NCBI GenBank assembly: GCA_963709685.1
Contig: CAVPXH010000020.1
Span: 79,838-143,837 of the forward strand
Length of the DNA: 64,000 bases
Direction: 5' to 3'
From: an uncultured Actinomycetota bacterium
GTDB lineage: Bacteria > Actinomycetota > Actinomycetes > Propionibacteriales > Nocardioidaceae
Position 1 is the stretch's first letter. Each line of letters begins with the position of its first letter. The position numbers and the translations under genes were made by a program. Below are positions 52,098 through 61,278 of this stretch, one piece after another. A model generated the notes under the pieces. The model searched no databases. It saw nothing but the letters and a program-made list of their open reading frames with translations, and had not been told where the DNA came from.

Positions 52098-53500
52098 GCC
52101 CCGGGACCGGTGACGAGGGTGTCGGCATGGACGAGATCCGCGAACCAGCGGTAGGACTGCTTGGGCGTGCGAGCCAGCGTCTGCCGGTCGACGTGCACCA
52201 GCCCGAAGGTCTTGGTGTAGCCCTCGGCCCACTCGAAGTTGTCGAGCAGCGTCCACAGCACGTAGGCGCGCACGTCGGCGCCTTGCCCCCGGGCGCGGCG
52301 CACGGCCTCGACGTGGTCGCGCAGGTAGGCGATCCGGTCCCCGTCGGCCACGGACCCGTCGGCGGCACGCGCGGAGTCGTCGTACGCCGCGCCGTTCTCG
52401 GTGACCACCAGCGGCAGGCCGGTACGACGGGCGGTGTCGACCAGCAGCTCCTCCAGACCGGCCGGCTCGACCTCCCAGCCGATGGCGGTCAGCGGCTCGC
52501 GGGGCACGAACCGGAACCCCTCCACCCCCGGGAACTCGTCGGTGCCGGCATCCCCGCCGGTGGCTGCCTGCCCGCCGGTCGCGGTGTCCCCGTCGTCGAG
52601 GGCGACACGGCTCGGGGTGTAGTAGTTGACGCCGAGCCAGTCCGCGGACCCGCGCACCAGGTCGAGGTCGCCGTCCCGCACGACGCCCGGGTCGGCAAGC
52701 ACGGGGGCGAGCTTCAGCAGCCGGTCGTCGTAGGCCCCGTCGACCAGCGGTCCGAGCCAGACCCGGTTGCGGATCGCGTCGACACCGTCGGCGACCTCGG
52801 AGGCCTCCGGGCGCTCGGCCCACACCGGCGTCAGGTTCAGCACGATCCCGACGGTGTCGGCGCCCGCCTGGTGCAGGCGGGCGGCCGCCAGGCCGTGGCC
52901 CAGCAGCAGGTGGTGCGCGGCGCGGTGGGCGTCGCCGCCCTCCTTGCGCCCGGGCGCGTGCCGGCCCGAGCCGTAGCCGAGGTAGGCGGCGCACCACGGC
53001 TCGTTGTGGGTGGCCCACACCTGCACCCGGTCACCGAGCCGCTCGTGCGCCACGGCCGCGTAGTCGGCGAACCGCTCCGCGGTCTCGCGCACCAGCCACC
53101 CGCCCGCGTCCTCCAGCGGCTGGGGCAGGTCCCAGTGGTACAGCGTGGCCATCGGCTGCACGCCGCGGGCCAGCAGGCCGTCGACCAGCCGGTCGTAGTA
53201 GGCCAGCCCGCGCGGCTCCACCGCACCGGCGCCCGTGGGGAGCACCCGCGGCCAGGCGAGCGAGAACCGGTAGTAGCCCACCCCCAGGCCGGCGACGAGG
53301 TCGAGGTCCTCCTCGAGCCGATGGTAGGAGTCGCAGGCCACCGATCCGTCGCTGCCGTCCACGACGGTGCCCGGCCGTTGCGTGAAGGTGTCCCAGATCG
53401 ACGGCCCGCGGCCGTCCTCGGTCACGGCGCCCTCCACCTGGTACGACGCGGTGGCGGTGCCCCAGGCGAGGCGGGACGGGTCGGGCAGGTGCGTGCTCAT
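52094..53500 (-). CDS. GH1 beta-glucosidase
   Basis: WGTATASYQVEG, YRFSLAWPR, LYHWDLP, NEP acid/base, GVNYY, VTENG nucleophile and DNFEWAEGY. Confidence 0.93.
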   Translation of the reverse strand: MSTHLPDPSRLAWGTATASYQVEGAVTEDGRGPSIWDTFTQRPGTVVDGSDGSVACDSYHRLEEDLDLVAGLGVGYYRFSLAWPRVLPTGAGAVEPRGLAYYDRLVDGLLARGVQPMATLYHWDLPQPLEDAGGWLVRETAERFADYAAVAHERLGDRVQVWATHNEPWCAAYLGYGSGRHAPGRKEGGDAHRAAHHLLLGHGLAAARLHQAGADTVGIVLNLTPVWAERPEASEVADGVDAIRNRVWLGPLVDGAYDDRLLKLAPVLADPGVVRDGDLDLVRGSADWLGVNYYTPSRVALDDGDTATGGQAATGGDAGTDEFPGVEGFRFVPREPLTAIGWEVEPAGLEELLVDTARRTGLPLVVTENGAAYDDSARAADGSVADGDRIAYLRDHVEAVRRARGQGADVRAYVLWTLLDNFEWAEGYTKTFGLVHVDRQTLARTPKQSYRWFADLVHADTLVTGPGA

Positions 53501-53547
53501 GGCGGCCACCGTACGACGGCCGGGCCGCGCACCCCGAGGCGACGCCC

Positions 53548-54555
53548 GTGACCAGCATCAAGGACGTGGCGCGCGAGGTGGGGATGTCGACGGCGACGGT
53601 GTCGCGCGCACTGCGGGGGATGCCGCGGGTCTCGCCGGAGACCCGGGACAAGGTGCTGGAGGCGGCCGCCCGGCTGGACTACGTCGCCTCGCCGCACGCC
53701 GCGAGCCTGGCCAGCGGCCGCACCCGTGCGGTGGGCGTGATCGTGCCGCACGTGACGCGGTGGTTCTTCTCCTCGGTGGTCCACGGCGCCGAGAGCCGGC
53801 TGCGCGAGGAGGGCTACGACCTGCTCCTGTACAACCTCGCCGGTGACCCGCAGGCGCGGCACCGGGTGTTCTGCACGCACCTGCTGCACAAGCGCGTGGA
53901 CGCGGTGCTGGTCCTGGCCCTCACGCCGACGGCGGAGGAGGTCGCCGCGCTGGGCAAGCTGGACCGGCCGGTGGCGGTGGTCGGCTCGCGCGTGCCGGGC
54001 TGGTCGAGCGTGCGCATCGACGACGTCGCGGCCGCACGCACCGCGGTCCGTCACCTGCTGACGCTGGGACACCGGCGGATCGCCTACCTCGGCGGCTCCC
54101 TCGACGACCCGCTCGACTTCGCCGCGCCCCTGGACCGGTTGGCCGGCTTCCGTGCGGAGCTGGCCGCCGCCCGCCTCGACCACCCGCCGGGCTGGGAGCT
54201 GGTCGGCGACTTCACCGCCCGGGGCGCGCGTGCGGTCACCGAGGAGCTGCTCGCGCGCGGCGGCGAGCCGCCCACCGCGATCTTCGCGGCCTCCGACGAG
54301 ATGGCGATCGGCGCGATGCGCGCGCTTCGCGGGGCGGGCCTGCGGGTGCCGCAGGACGTGTCGGTGATCGGCATCGACGACTACGAGATGGCGGAGTTCT
54401 TCGAGCTGACCACGGTGGCGCAGCCGGTCCACGAGCAGGGGCGGCTGGCGGCCGGCCTGCTGCTCGAGGCGATCAGCGGCGGCCGGCACGCCTCGGCGCT
54501 CACCGTTCCGACGAGGCTGGTGGTGCGAGGCACGACGGCCCCGCCGCGCGGCTGA
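53548..54555 (+). CDS. LacI-family transcriptional regulator
   Basis: TSIKDVAREVGMSTATVSRAL, SDEMAIGA and VPQDVSVIGIDD. Confidence 0.93.
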   Translation: MTSIKDVAREVGMSTATVSRALRGMPRVSPETRDKVLEAAARLDYVASPHAASLASGRTRAVGVIVPHVTRWFFSSVVHGAESRLREEGYDLLLYNLAGDPQARHRVFCTHLLHKRVDAVLVLALTPTAEEVAALGKLDRPVAVVGSRVPGWSSVRIDDVAAARTAVRHLLTLGHRRIAYLGGSLDDPLDFAAPLDRLAGFRAELAAARLDHPPGWELVGDFTARGARAVTEELLARGGEPPTAIFAASDEMAIGAMRALRGAGLRVPQDVSVIGIDDYEMAEFFELTTVAQPVHEQGRLAAGLLLEAISGGRHASALTVPTRLVVRGTTAPPRG

Positions 54556-54558
54556 GGG

Positions 54559-55317
54559 TCAGCGGCCCTGCTTGGCCACCGCCGCGATCGCGTCCGCGGC
54601 CGCCTCCGGGTCGAGGTACTGCCCACCCCGCTCGAGCGGCTTCATGTTCTCGTCGAGCCGGTAGACCAGCGGGATGCCGGTGGGGATGTTCAGACCCACC
54701 ACGGCCTCCTCGCTCATGTCGTCGAGGTGCTTGACCAGCGCCCGCAGGGAGTTGCCGTGCGCGGCGACGCAGACGGTGCGGCCGGCGCGCAGGTCGGGCA
54801 CGATCGCGTCGTACCAGTAGGGGAGCATCCGCTGGACGACGTCCGCGAGACACTCGGTCCGCGGCAGGATCTCGTCGGGCAGGTCGGCGTAGCGGGCCTC
54901 CCCGGTCTGCGCCCACTCGTCGTCGTCGTCGATCCGCGGGGGTGGGGTGTCGTAGGAGCGACGCCAGAGCATGAACTGCTCCTCGCCGTACTTCTCCAGG
55001 GTCTCCTTCTTGTTCTTGCCCTGCAGCGCGCCGTAGTGGCGCTCGTTGAGCCGCCAGGACCGCTTCACCGGGACCCAGTGCCGGTCGCACTCGTCGAGGC
55101 AGAGCTGGGCGGTGGTGATCGCCCGGCGCAGCACCGAGGTGTGCAGCACGTCCGGGAGCACGTTGTGCTCGGCGATCAGGGCGCCGCCGCGGACGGCCTC
55201 CTCGCGTCCCTTCTCGGTCAGGGCCACGTCGACCCAGCCGGTGAAGAGGTTCTTGGCGTTCCACATGCTCTCGCCGTGGCGGAGCAGGACGAGCGTGTAC
55301 GGCGCGGCGGCGGTCAT
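54559..55317 (-). CDS. gpmA: 2,3-bisphosphoglycerate-dependent phosphoglycerate mutase
   Basis: [33 protein letters not shown] and AHGNSLRAL. Confidence 0.96.
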   Translation of the reverse strand: MTAAAPYTLVLLRHGESMWNAKNLFTGWVDVALTEKGREEAVRGGALIAEHNVLPDVLHTSVLRRAITTAQLCLDECDRHWVPVKRSWRLNERHYGALQGKNKKETLEKYGEEQFMLWRRSYDTPPPRIDDDDEWAQTGEARYADLPDEILPRTECLADVVQRMLPYWYDAIVPDLRAGRTVCVAAHGNSLRALVKHLDDMSEEAVVGLNIPTGIPLVYRLDENMKPLERGGQYLDPEAAADAIAAVAKQGR

Positions 55318-55361
55318 GGACCTCAGCCTAGTGGGCGCGCGGGGCGGCCCACCGCCACGGG

Positions 55362-55844
55362 TCAGGAGCCCTTCGGCAGCGGGATGTCGCGGTACATCGG
55401 GTCCGAGGCGACCACGACGGGCACCTGCATGGTGACCGTGTCGGCGTTCTGGAAGCTGAAGGTCAGCTTGACGAAGTAGCCGGCCTTGACCGGTGCGCCG
55501 CTGACGCTCCACGCGCCGGTCTTGCCGAGGTTCACCATGCCGCCCGGGGCGATGGTGGTGCCGCCCGAGGGGCCCTGCGTGGTGACACCCTGCTGGGCTC
55601 CGGAGATCCCGGTGAGGCGGTCCTGCTGCTGGTAGCTGTTGTTGACCAGGCCGGCCACGATGGTGCCGCTGCCGTCGACCCCGGAGACGATGAGGGCGTT
55701 GAGGACGTCGACCTGGCTGCTGCGGTTGTCGACGCCGACCGCGGCGTTGTACGGCAGGTCCGTCTGCTCCTGGAACCCGCAGGAGGCGACAAGCGGGGCC
55801 GCCACCAGCAGGGCTGCGGCGGCGGTGCTGCGACGAAGGTTCAC
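55362..55844 (-). CDS. Putative lipoprotein (LpqE-like)
   Basis: Signal peptide with lipobox [22 protein letters not shown]. Confidence 0.7.
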   Translation of the reverse strand: MNLRRSTAAAALLVAAPLVASCGFQEQTDLPYNAAVGVDNRSSQVDVLNALIVSGVDGSGTIVAGLVNNSYQQQDRLTGISGAQQGVTTQGPSGGTTIAPGGMVNLGKTGAWSVSGAPVKAGYFVKLTFSFQNADTVTMQVPVVVASDPMYRDIPLPKGS

Positions 55845-55922
55845 GTCTGGGGTCCTCTCGATGCGCCGTCGGCGGACGGTCGGCGCGACACACAGGGCGG
55901 CAGGTCGAGCGCAGTCTAGCGA

Positions 55923-56639
55923 CTACTGGCGCAGTCCGACGGTGAGGGCTGCGACGAGCAGGCCCGCGGCCACCACGAACGTGTAGACGGTGGTGATCCA
56001 CAGCAGCTTGGGGGCGCCGATCCGCAGGGCGATGCGCAGCGGGAGGTGCCGCACGCCGGTCTCGTTGTCCTCGACGAGGTCGGGCAGGGTGTTGGCAAAG
56101 TGGATGCCGATCCCGAGCAGGGCGGCCAGCACCGTCATCGCGATCGTCGGCGGCCCCCCGTGGTAGCCCCCGCCCAGCCCGCCGTAGGAGAGGAAGGCCG
56201 GGAGCAGCCCGAAGCTGACGGCGTAGGGCAGCCACGACAGCACCGTGCGCTTGAACCAGAAGTTGTAGGACCAGGCGCTCAGCACCGCGGCGATGTGGGC
56301 GATGCCGGCGACCGTGCCGTTGGCCACCGAGAGCGGGACGACGAGGAGGAAGACGCACGCGGTCGCGAAGGTCACGGTGCCCGGGTCGACCCAGCCCATG
56401 GCCACCGGCTTGTCGCGCCGGCCGACCCGCCGGTCGCGGTCGGCGTCGACCACGTCGTTGATCCATCCGACCGTCAGCTGCCCGGTGAGCACCGTGGCGG
56501 CGACCAGCAGACACTCCGGGCCGGACCGGCCGCTCAACGCGGCAGCGGCGGTGAGGACGATCGTCATGGCCGCCGTCGGAAGGGGGTGGCAGGCCAGGAC
56601 CAGGGAGCCGACCGTGCCCCGCTGCTTCCCGAGCTTCAT
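55923..56639 (-). CDS. UbiA-family prenyltransferase
   Basis: [12 protein letters not shown]...KPV Asp-rich motif, SYN and NTLPDLVED; multiple TM segments. Confidence 0.85.
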   Translation of the reverse strand: MKLGKQRGTVGSLVLACHPLPTAAMTIVLTAAAALSGRSGPECLLVAATVLTGQLTVGWINDVVDADRDRRVGRRDKPVAMGWVDPGTVTFATACVFLLVVPLSVANGTVAGIAHIAAVLSAWSYNFWFKRTVLSWLPYAVSFGLLPAFLSYGGLGGGYHGGPPTIAMTVLAALLGIGIHFANTLPDLVEDNETGVRHLPLRIALRIGAPKLLWITTVYTFVVAAGLLVAALTVGLRQ

Positions 56640-56817
56640 GCTCCGCAGTATTGACCAGAACCCGCAGGCTGACCCGGATTTGCCGGCGCTCCGCATGCCG
56701 CCCGAGACCCCGGCGAACCCAACCTGAGAACAGCCTGAGGCACATCCGGCGGCCATCTGTCAACCCCCAATGTGGCCTCTGACCTGCACTTTCACCGCGG
56801 ACACCTGATCTGTGACG

Positions 56818-56826
56818 TGTTAGACT
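56818..56826 (+). promoter_or_regulatory. Extended -10 promoter of carD
   Basis: TG-T-TAGACT upstream of the GGAAGG RBS and ATG 56854. Confidence 0.55.
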
Positions 56827-56853
56827 GGCCACCTAGGAAGGGGTACTTGGCAT

Positions 56854-57339
56854 ATGACATTCACCGTCGGCGAAACGGTTGTTTACCCAAATCACGGCGC
56901 TGCAGTAATCGAGGACATCGAGACTCGCAAGATCAAGGGCGAGGACAAGCAGTACCTCGTGCTGCGGATCGTCGCCCAGCAGGATCTCGTGGTCCGCGTC
57001 CCCGCCTGCAACCTCGACCTGGTCGGGGTGCGCGACGTAGTGGACAAGGAGGGTCTGGACCGCGTCTTCGACGTGCTGCGCGCCGCGCACACCGAGGAGC
57101 CGACGAACTGGTCCCGCCGCTACAAGGCCAATCTGGAGAAGCTGCACTCCGGTGATGTCATGAAGGTCGCCGAGGTCGTGCGCGACCTGTGGCGCCGGGA
57201 GCGCGACCGCGGTCTGTCGGCGGGGGAGAAGCGGATGCTGGCGAAGGCCCGCCAGATCCTCGTCTCCGAGCTCGCGCTGGCCGAGCACACCAACGAGGAC
57301 AAGGCCGAGGCGCTCCTCGACGAGGTCCTCGCCTCCTAG
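56854..57339 (+). CDS. carD: CarD transcription factor
   Basis: [35 protein letters not shown] and LSAGEKRML. Confidence 0.96.
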   Translation: MTFTVGETVVYPNHGAAVIEDIETRKIKGEDKQYLVLRIVAQQDLVVRVPACNLDLVGVRDVVDKEGLDRVFDVLRAAHTEEPTNWSRRYKANLEKLHSGDVMKVAEVVRDLWRRERDRGLSAGEKRMLAKARQILVSELALAEHTNEDKAEALLDEVLAS

Positions 57340-57353
57340 GCACGGTTCTCTTC

Positions 57354-57398
57354 CGGAGGCCCCCGCACCACGGTGTGCTGGGGCCTCCGTGCATTTCT
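57354..57398 (+). terminator. Intrinsic terminator after carD
   Basis: CGGAGGCCCC...GGGGCCTCCG stem followed by tgcatttct. Confidence 0.6.
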
Positions 57399-57460
57399 GC
57401 TCCCGGGCCCGCCGCGAGGTCCCCGCGGCGGACGGCGGGAGCGCGGACGAGTCGGTGGAG

Positions 57461-58150
57461 GTGGGTACGTCGAACACGACGGAGCAGGTCGAGGACGTGG
57501 ACGTCCTGGGGGTCGTGCCCGTGGAGGGCCGCGGCTCGCTCCCCTTCGCGCTGCTGCACGGGGAGTCGTTGGTCGCCGTCGCGTCGTGGGCGCTCGGCGA
57601 GGCCGAGGTGGAGCTGCTCGACTTCGACGCGTCCTGGTCCTCGGTGCAGGAGCGTGAGGCAGTGCTCGCCGTGCACGACCCGTTGTGCCCGGCGACGCCG
57701 GTCCCGTTCCTGCGCGAGGCGGTCGCCGCGGCCGCCCGGCGGCACTGCGTGGTGGTGGGGGTGCGGCCGGTCACCGACACGGTCAAGCGTGCCGAGGGGG
57801 GCGTCGTGGGCCGAACCGTGGACCGGGAGGGCCTGGTGGCGGTGGCCTCCCCGCTCGTGCTGCCGCCGGCGGTGTGCGCCGACCTGCCCGCCTGGCCGGA
57901 CCTCGACGACCTGGCTGCCCTCGTGGACCGGCTCCGTGAGCGGTACCCGGTCTCCTTCCTCGAGGCGCCGCCGTTGGCGCGGCGGGTCGCCGACGAGTCC
58001 GACCTGCGCTTGCTGGAGGGCCTGGCCGCGAGCGGTGAGCGCTACCTGCGCGCGGCCAGCAGGTGCGCGGCGAGGTCGACGTCCTCGGGGAAGGTGATCT
58101 TCAGGTTCGTCGCCGGTGCCGGCACCGCGCGGATGACCACGTCGGTGTAG
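57461..58150 (+). CDS. Degenerate IspD-like protein (start and true end uncertain)
   Basis: HDPLCP (cf. HDAARP), PVTDTVK and [11 protein letters not shown] (cf. DRxxLxxxQTPQ); lacks the AAGxGxR loop; overlaps the convergent ispD by about 110 bp. Confidence 0.65.
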   Translation: MGTSNTTEQVEDVDVLGVVPVEGRGSLPFALLHGESLVAVASWALGEAEVELLDFDASWSSVQEREAVLAVHDPLCPATPVPFLREAVAAAARRHCVVVGVRPVTDTVKRAEGGVVGRTVDREGLVAVASPLVLPPAVCADLPAWPDLDDLAALVDRLRERYPVSFLEAPPLARRVADESDLRLLEGLAASGERYLRAASRCAARSTSSGKVIFRFVAGAGTARMTTSV

Positions 58151-58743
58151 GCCTCGAGACAGCTCGCGGTGTCCGTGCCGCAGAACCCGTCGCGCTCCGC
58201 GCGCCGGTAGGCAGCCAGCAGCGGCCCGGCGCGAAACGCCTGCGGCGTCTGCACCCCCACCAGGTCGGCGACCGGGCCGGCGCCGGCGCTGCGGGCCAGG
58301 AGGCCGGGCTGCGGGCGCACCGGGATCGCCCCGCCGGACTCGGCCGCCGCGCGCACCACCTCGTCGAACAGCTGCGGGCTCGCGAGCGGGCGGGCGGCGT
58401 CGTGGATGGCGACGACGTCGACCTCGCCGTCGTCGATGTGGGCGGCGAGGTGCAGCAGGGCGCGCCACTCGGACTCATGCCGGGTGGCCCCGCCCTCGAC
58501 GAGCTGCACGGCGGGTCCGACCACGGCCGCCACCTCGTGGCGGTCCTGCGGCCGGTGCACGACCACGAGGGGGCCGACGTACGGCACCGCGGCGACGCTG
58601 CGCAGCGACCAGGCGAACACCGGCAGGTCGCCGAGGGGCAGCAGGACCTTGTTGGTCGGGGCGCCCACCCGCGTGCCCGAACCGGCGGCCAGCACCACCA
58701 CCGCGGCCCGAGGGTGGCCGGTGCGCGGCGGCTCGACGTTCAC
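58042..58743 (-). CDS. ispD: 2-C-methyl-D-erythritol 4-phosphate cytidylyltransferase
   Basis: [36 protein letters not shown] and NLKITFPED. Confidence 0.9.
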   Translation of the reverse strand: MNVEPPRTGHPRAAVVVLAAGSGTRVGAPTNKVLLPLGDLPVFAWSLRSVAAVPYVGPLVVVHRPQDRHEVAAVVGPAVQLVEGGATRHESEWRALLHLAAHIDDGEVDVVAIHDAARPLASPQLFDEVVRAAAESGGAIPVRPQPGLLARSAGAGPVADLVGVQTPQAFRAGPLLAAYRRAERDGFCGTDTASCLEAYTDVVIRAVPAPATNLKITFPEDVDLAAHLLAARR

Positions 58744-58771
58744 GGGGGTAGAGGCTACCGGCCGGCCCCGG

Positions 58772-59494
58772 TCACGCCGTGATGAGCCGGTGGGCGCGCA
58801 GCCGCGCGTAGACCGGCTGCGCGCGCCGGTACAGCTCCCGCAGCCGCGGCTCCTCGTCCCCGGGCGCGTCGGGCGCCGGGTCGAGCCGGTGGAACCCGCG
58901 CGAGCGTGCCGTCGAGGCGTGCCAGTCGGCCCACAGCTCCCACTCCGGCCGCATGCCGGGTTCCCAGGTCAGCGCCTCCGCGCGGAAGGGCAGCCCCATC
59001 GCGGCGCACCAGGCGGCGACGGTCCCGGCCGGATCCCGGCACAGGTCCTCGGCGTCCACCACGACCAGCGGCCGGTCCAGCGACTCCACCACGGCGGCCG
59101 CCTCCTCGAGCGCCTCCCAGCCGGACTCCTCGTCGGTGAAGTCCGGCCACCGACGCGCGAGCGACGGCAGCGTGGCGGCCGGGTCCCTGACCAGGAAGCA
59201 GTTGGCGAGACGGCCGAGCAGCTGCGCGTCGAGCAGCCCGCGTGCGTGGTAGGCCATGTCCTTGACGAACACCGGGCGCGTGCGCGCGGCCTCCTCCAGC
59301 TCGGCGACGATCTCGGCGGCCGCGCTGTGCGGCAGCTCCTCGGTGTAGCGGTCCGAGCGGCGGTCCGGCCCGTAGTAGTAGCTGCGGGAGAACGGCTCGT
59401 CGAACACCGCGTGGTCACCGCGCTCGATCATCATCCGCTCGAACGACGTCGACACCGACCGGGGCACGGTCCACAGCATGATGATCCGCTCCAC
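58772..59494 (-). CDS. Sulfotransferase-like P-loop protein (stand-alone)
   Basis: [42 protein letters not shown] and WHAS. Confidence 0.75.
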   Translation of the reverse strand: MERIIMLWTVPRSVSTSFERMMIERGDHAVFDEPFSRSYYYGPDRRSDRYTEELPHSAAAEIVAELEEAARTRPVFVKDMAYHARGLLDAQLLGRLANCFLVRDPAATLPSLARRWPDFTDEESGWEALEEAAAVVESLDRPLVVVDAEDLCRDPAGTVAAWCAAMGLPFRAEALTWEPGMRPEWELWADWHASTARSRGFHRLDPAPDAPGDEEPRLRELYRRAQPVYARLRAHRLITA

Positions 59495-59605
59495 GCCCCT
59501 ACCCTCCCACGCGACTGCTCCCGGGGGGCGCCGGGTGCTGCGCGCCCGCCTGTGGCCCGCCGGCCAACCGTGGAGGGACCTGGCCGACCGAGACGAGGAC
59601 AGGCG

Positions 59606-59777
59606 ATGGGCGAGCCGGCGTACGTGTCGCAGGTGCGGATCGAGCGCGAGGGCGGTCCGGTGGGCGAGCACTACGGGTACCCGGCCGACGAGTACCCCGA
59701 CCACCCTCGACCACGTCGTCGGCGCCGCCGCAGGTTGAACGACCGGCACGTTCGCCGGCGCCCCGCGGGCCCAGGAC
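59606..59777 (+). pseudogene. Remnant of an OsmC-like (seleno)protein gene with in-frame TGA at the catalytic Cys position
   Basis: MGEPAYVSQVRIEREGGPV-GEHYGY...[shift]TTLDHVVGAAAG-TGA(59736-59738)-TTGTFAGA; similarity to OsmC-related selenoproteins recalled from memory. Confidence 0.6.
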
Positions 59778-60653
59778 CTAGCCGAGGGCCTGCTCGACGA
59801 CCGCGATGAGCGCGGACGAGACCAGCCGGTCGCGTTCGAGCGGCAGCATGTGGCCGGCGCCGGGGCTCACGACGAGCTCGGCACCGGGGATCGCCTCGGC
59901 GAGGCGGCGCGCGTGCGGTAGCGGCGTGAGCCGGTCCTTGCTGCCGACGAGCACGCGCACCGGGATGCCGTCGAGCACCGCGAGCGGGGCGTGCCGGTCG
60001 TGGCTCATGAGGTCGGTGTAGAAGCCGCACATCGAGGCGGCGGGCGTGTTGATGATGCCCTCGACGGTGAGCATGTGGTCGCGCAGACGCATCTCGTCGC
60101 CGAACAGGAACCGCCGGGCCACCAGCGACTCCACGAGCGGCGCGCGGCGCCGGCGCCGGCGGCTGAGTCGCCGCGCCCGCCACGCCAGCAGCCGGGGGAT
60201 CTGCTCCTTGGCACGCGCCCCGATCTCCGGCAGGCCCAGCGTCACCGTGCTGAGGTCGCCGCCGGAGGTCGCGACGAGCACCACGCCGGCCACCCGTTCC
60301 GGGAACAGCTCCGGGCGCTGCTCGGCCAACGCCATGATCGTCATGCCGCCGATCGAGTGGCCGGCCAGCACCAGGTCACCCTTGGGGGCGTAGGTGTCGA
60401 TGAGGTCCGAGAGGTCCCGCCCGAGGTTCGCCACCGTCGCGGCCTGCTCCGAGGTCTCCTGCGAGGCCCCGTGGCCGCGGTGGTCGTAGCTGACGATCCG
60501 GAGGTCCGCGCCGAACCGTCGGCGCAGGTCGCGCACCTGGTAGCGCCACGAGTCGTGGTCGCTGGTCCAGCAGTGCGCCAGGACGACGGTCAGCGGGGCC
60601 GTCTCCGGGCCGTCGACCTCCACGAACAGCTGCAGCCCGTCGTACGTCCTCAC
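59778..60653 (-). CDS. Alpha/beta hydrolase (lipase-like)
   Basis: LAHCW, YDHRGHG, GHSIGG nucleophile elbow, GSKDRLTP and GAGHMLPLE. Confidence 0.9.
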   Translation of the reverse strand: MRTYDGLQLFVEVDGPETAPLTVVLAHCWTSDHDSWRYQVRDLRRRFGADLRIVSYDHRGHGASQETSEQAATVANLGRDLSDLIDTYAPKGDLVLAGHSIGGMTIMALAEQRPELFPERVAGVVLVATSGGDLSTVTLGLPEIGARAKEQIPRLLAWRARRLSRRRRRRAPLVESLVARRFLFGDEMRLRDHMLTVEGIINTPAASMCGFYTDLMSHDRHAPLAVLDGIPVRVLVGSKDRLTPLPHARRLAEAIPGAELVVSPGAGHMLPLERDRLVSSALIAVVEQALG

Positions 60654-60661
60654 GGGCCGTA

Positions 60662-60692
60662 ATGCTGCCGCGACATACCCCGGGTATGTCAA
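60662..60692 (-). promoter_or_regulatory. Promoter with a perfect dyad inside the -35/-10 spacer, upstream of the hydrolase
   Basis: Minus strand: TTGACA, 19 nt, CAGCAT; GACATACCC-C-GGGTATGTC at 60672-60690. Confidence 0.6.
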
Positions 60693-60700
60693 CCCCACCC

Positions 60701-60740
60701 CTCAGCGGGGGAGGAGCAGCCTCAACGGGGGAGGAGCAGC
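60701..60740. repeat. Two tandem 20-bp units at the ispF 3' end
   Basis: CTCAGCGGGGGAGGAGCAGC / CTCAACGGGGGAGGAGCAGC. Confidence 0.8.
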
Positions 60741-61207
60741 GCGGTCGCCACGGCCGCCACGCCCTCCCCGCGGCCGGTGAGCCCCAGCCCGTCGGTCGTG
60801 GTGGCCGAGACGGTCACCGGCGCGCCGACGGCCCGGGAGAGCACCTCCTCGGCCTCGCTGCGCCGGGGTCCCACCTTGGGGCGGTTGCCGATCACCTGGA
60901 CGGCCACGTTGGCGACGTCGTAGCCGGCCGCGCGCACCCGTCGTACCGTCTCGGCGAGCAGCGCGCTGCCGCTCGCCCCGGCCCACGCGGGCTCGGCCGT
61001 GCCGAAGTTGCTCCCCAGGTCGCCGAGCCCGGCCGCGGACAGCAGCGCGTCGCACGCCGCGTGCGCGGCCACGTCGCCGTCGGAGTGACCGGCCAGCCCG
61101 GCCGGCTCGTCGGGGAAGTGCAGCCCGGCCAGGTGCAGGGGCACCCCTTCCTCGAGCCGGTGGACGTCGGTGCCGATGCCGATGCGCGGAGTCACGGGGC
61201 CGATCAT
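60722..61207 (-). CDS. ispF: 2-C-methyl-D-erythritol 2,4-cyclodiphosphate synthase
   Basis: [34 protein letters not shown] and [13 protein letters not shown]. Confidence 0.95.
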   Translation of the reverse strand: MIGPVTPRIGIGTDVHRLEEGVPLHLAGLHFPDEPAGLAGHSDGDVAAHAACDALLSAAGLGDLGSNFGTAEPAWAGASGSALLAETVRRVRAAGYDVANVAVQVIGNRPKVGPRRSEAEEVLSRAVGAPVTVSATTTDGLGLTGRGEGVAAVATALLLPR

Positions 61208-61278
61208 GCCGCACCCCCGGACCACGCTCGCGAGGTCCGGCGCCCGTCCGACCGCGGGGACTGCGCGAACATGAGGGT

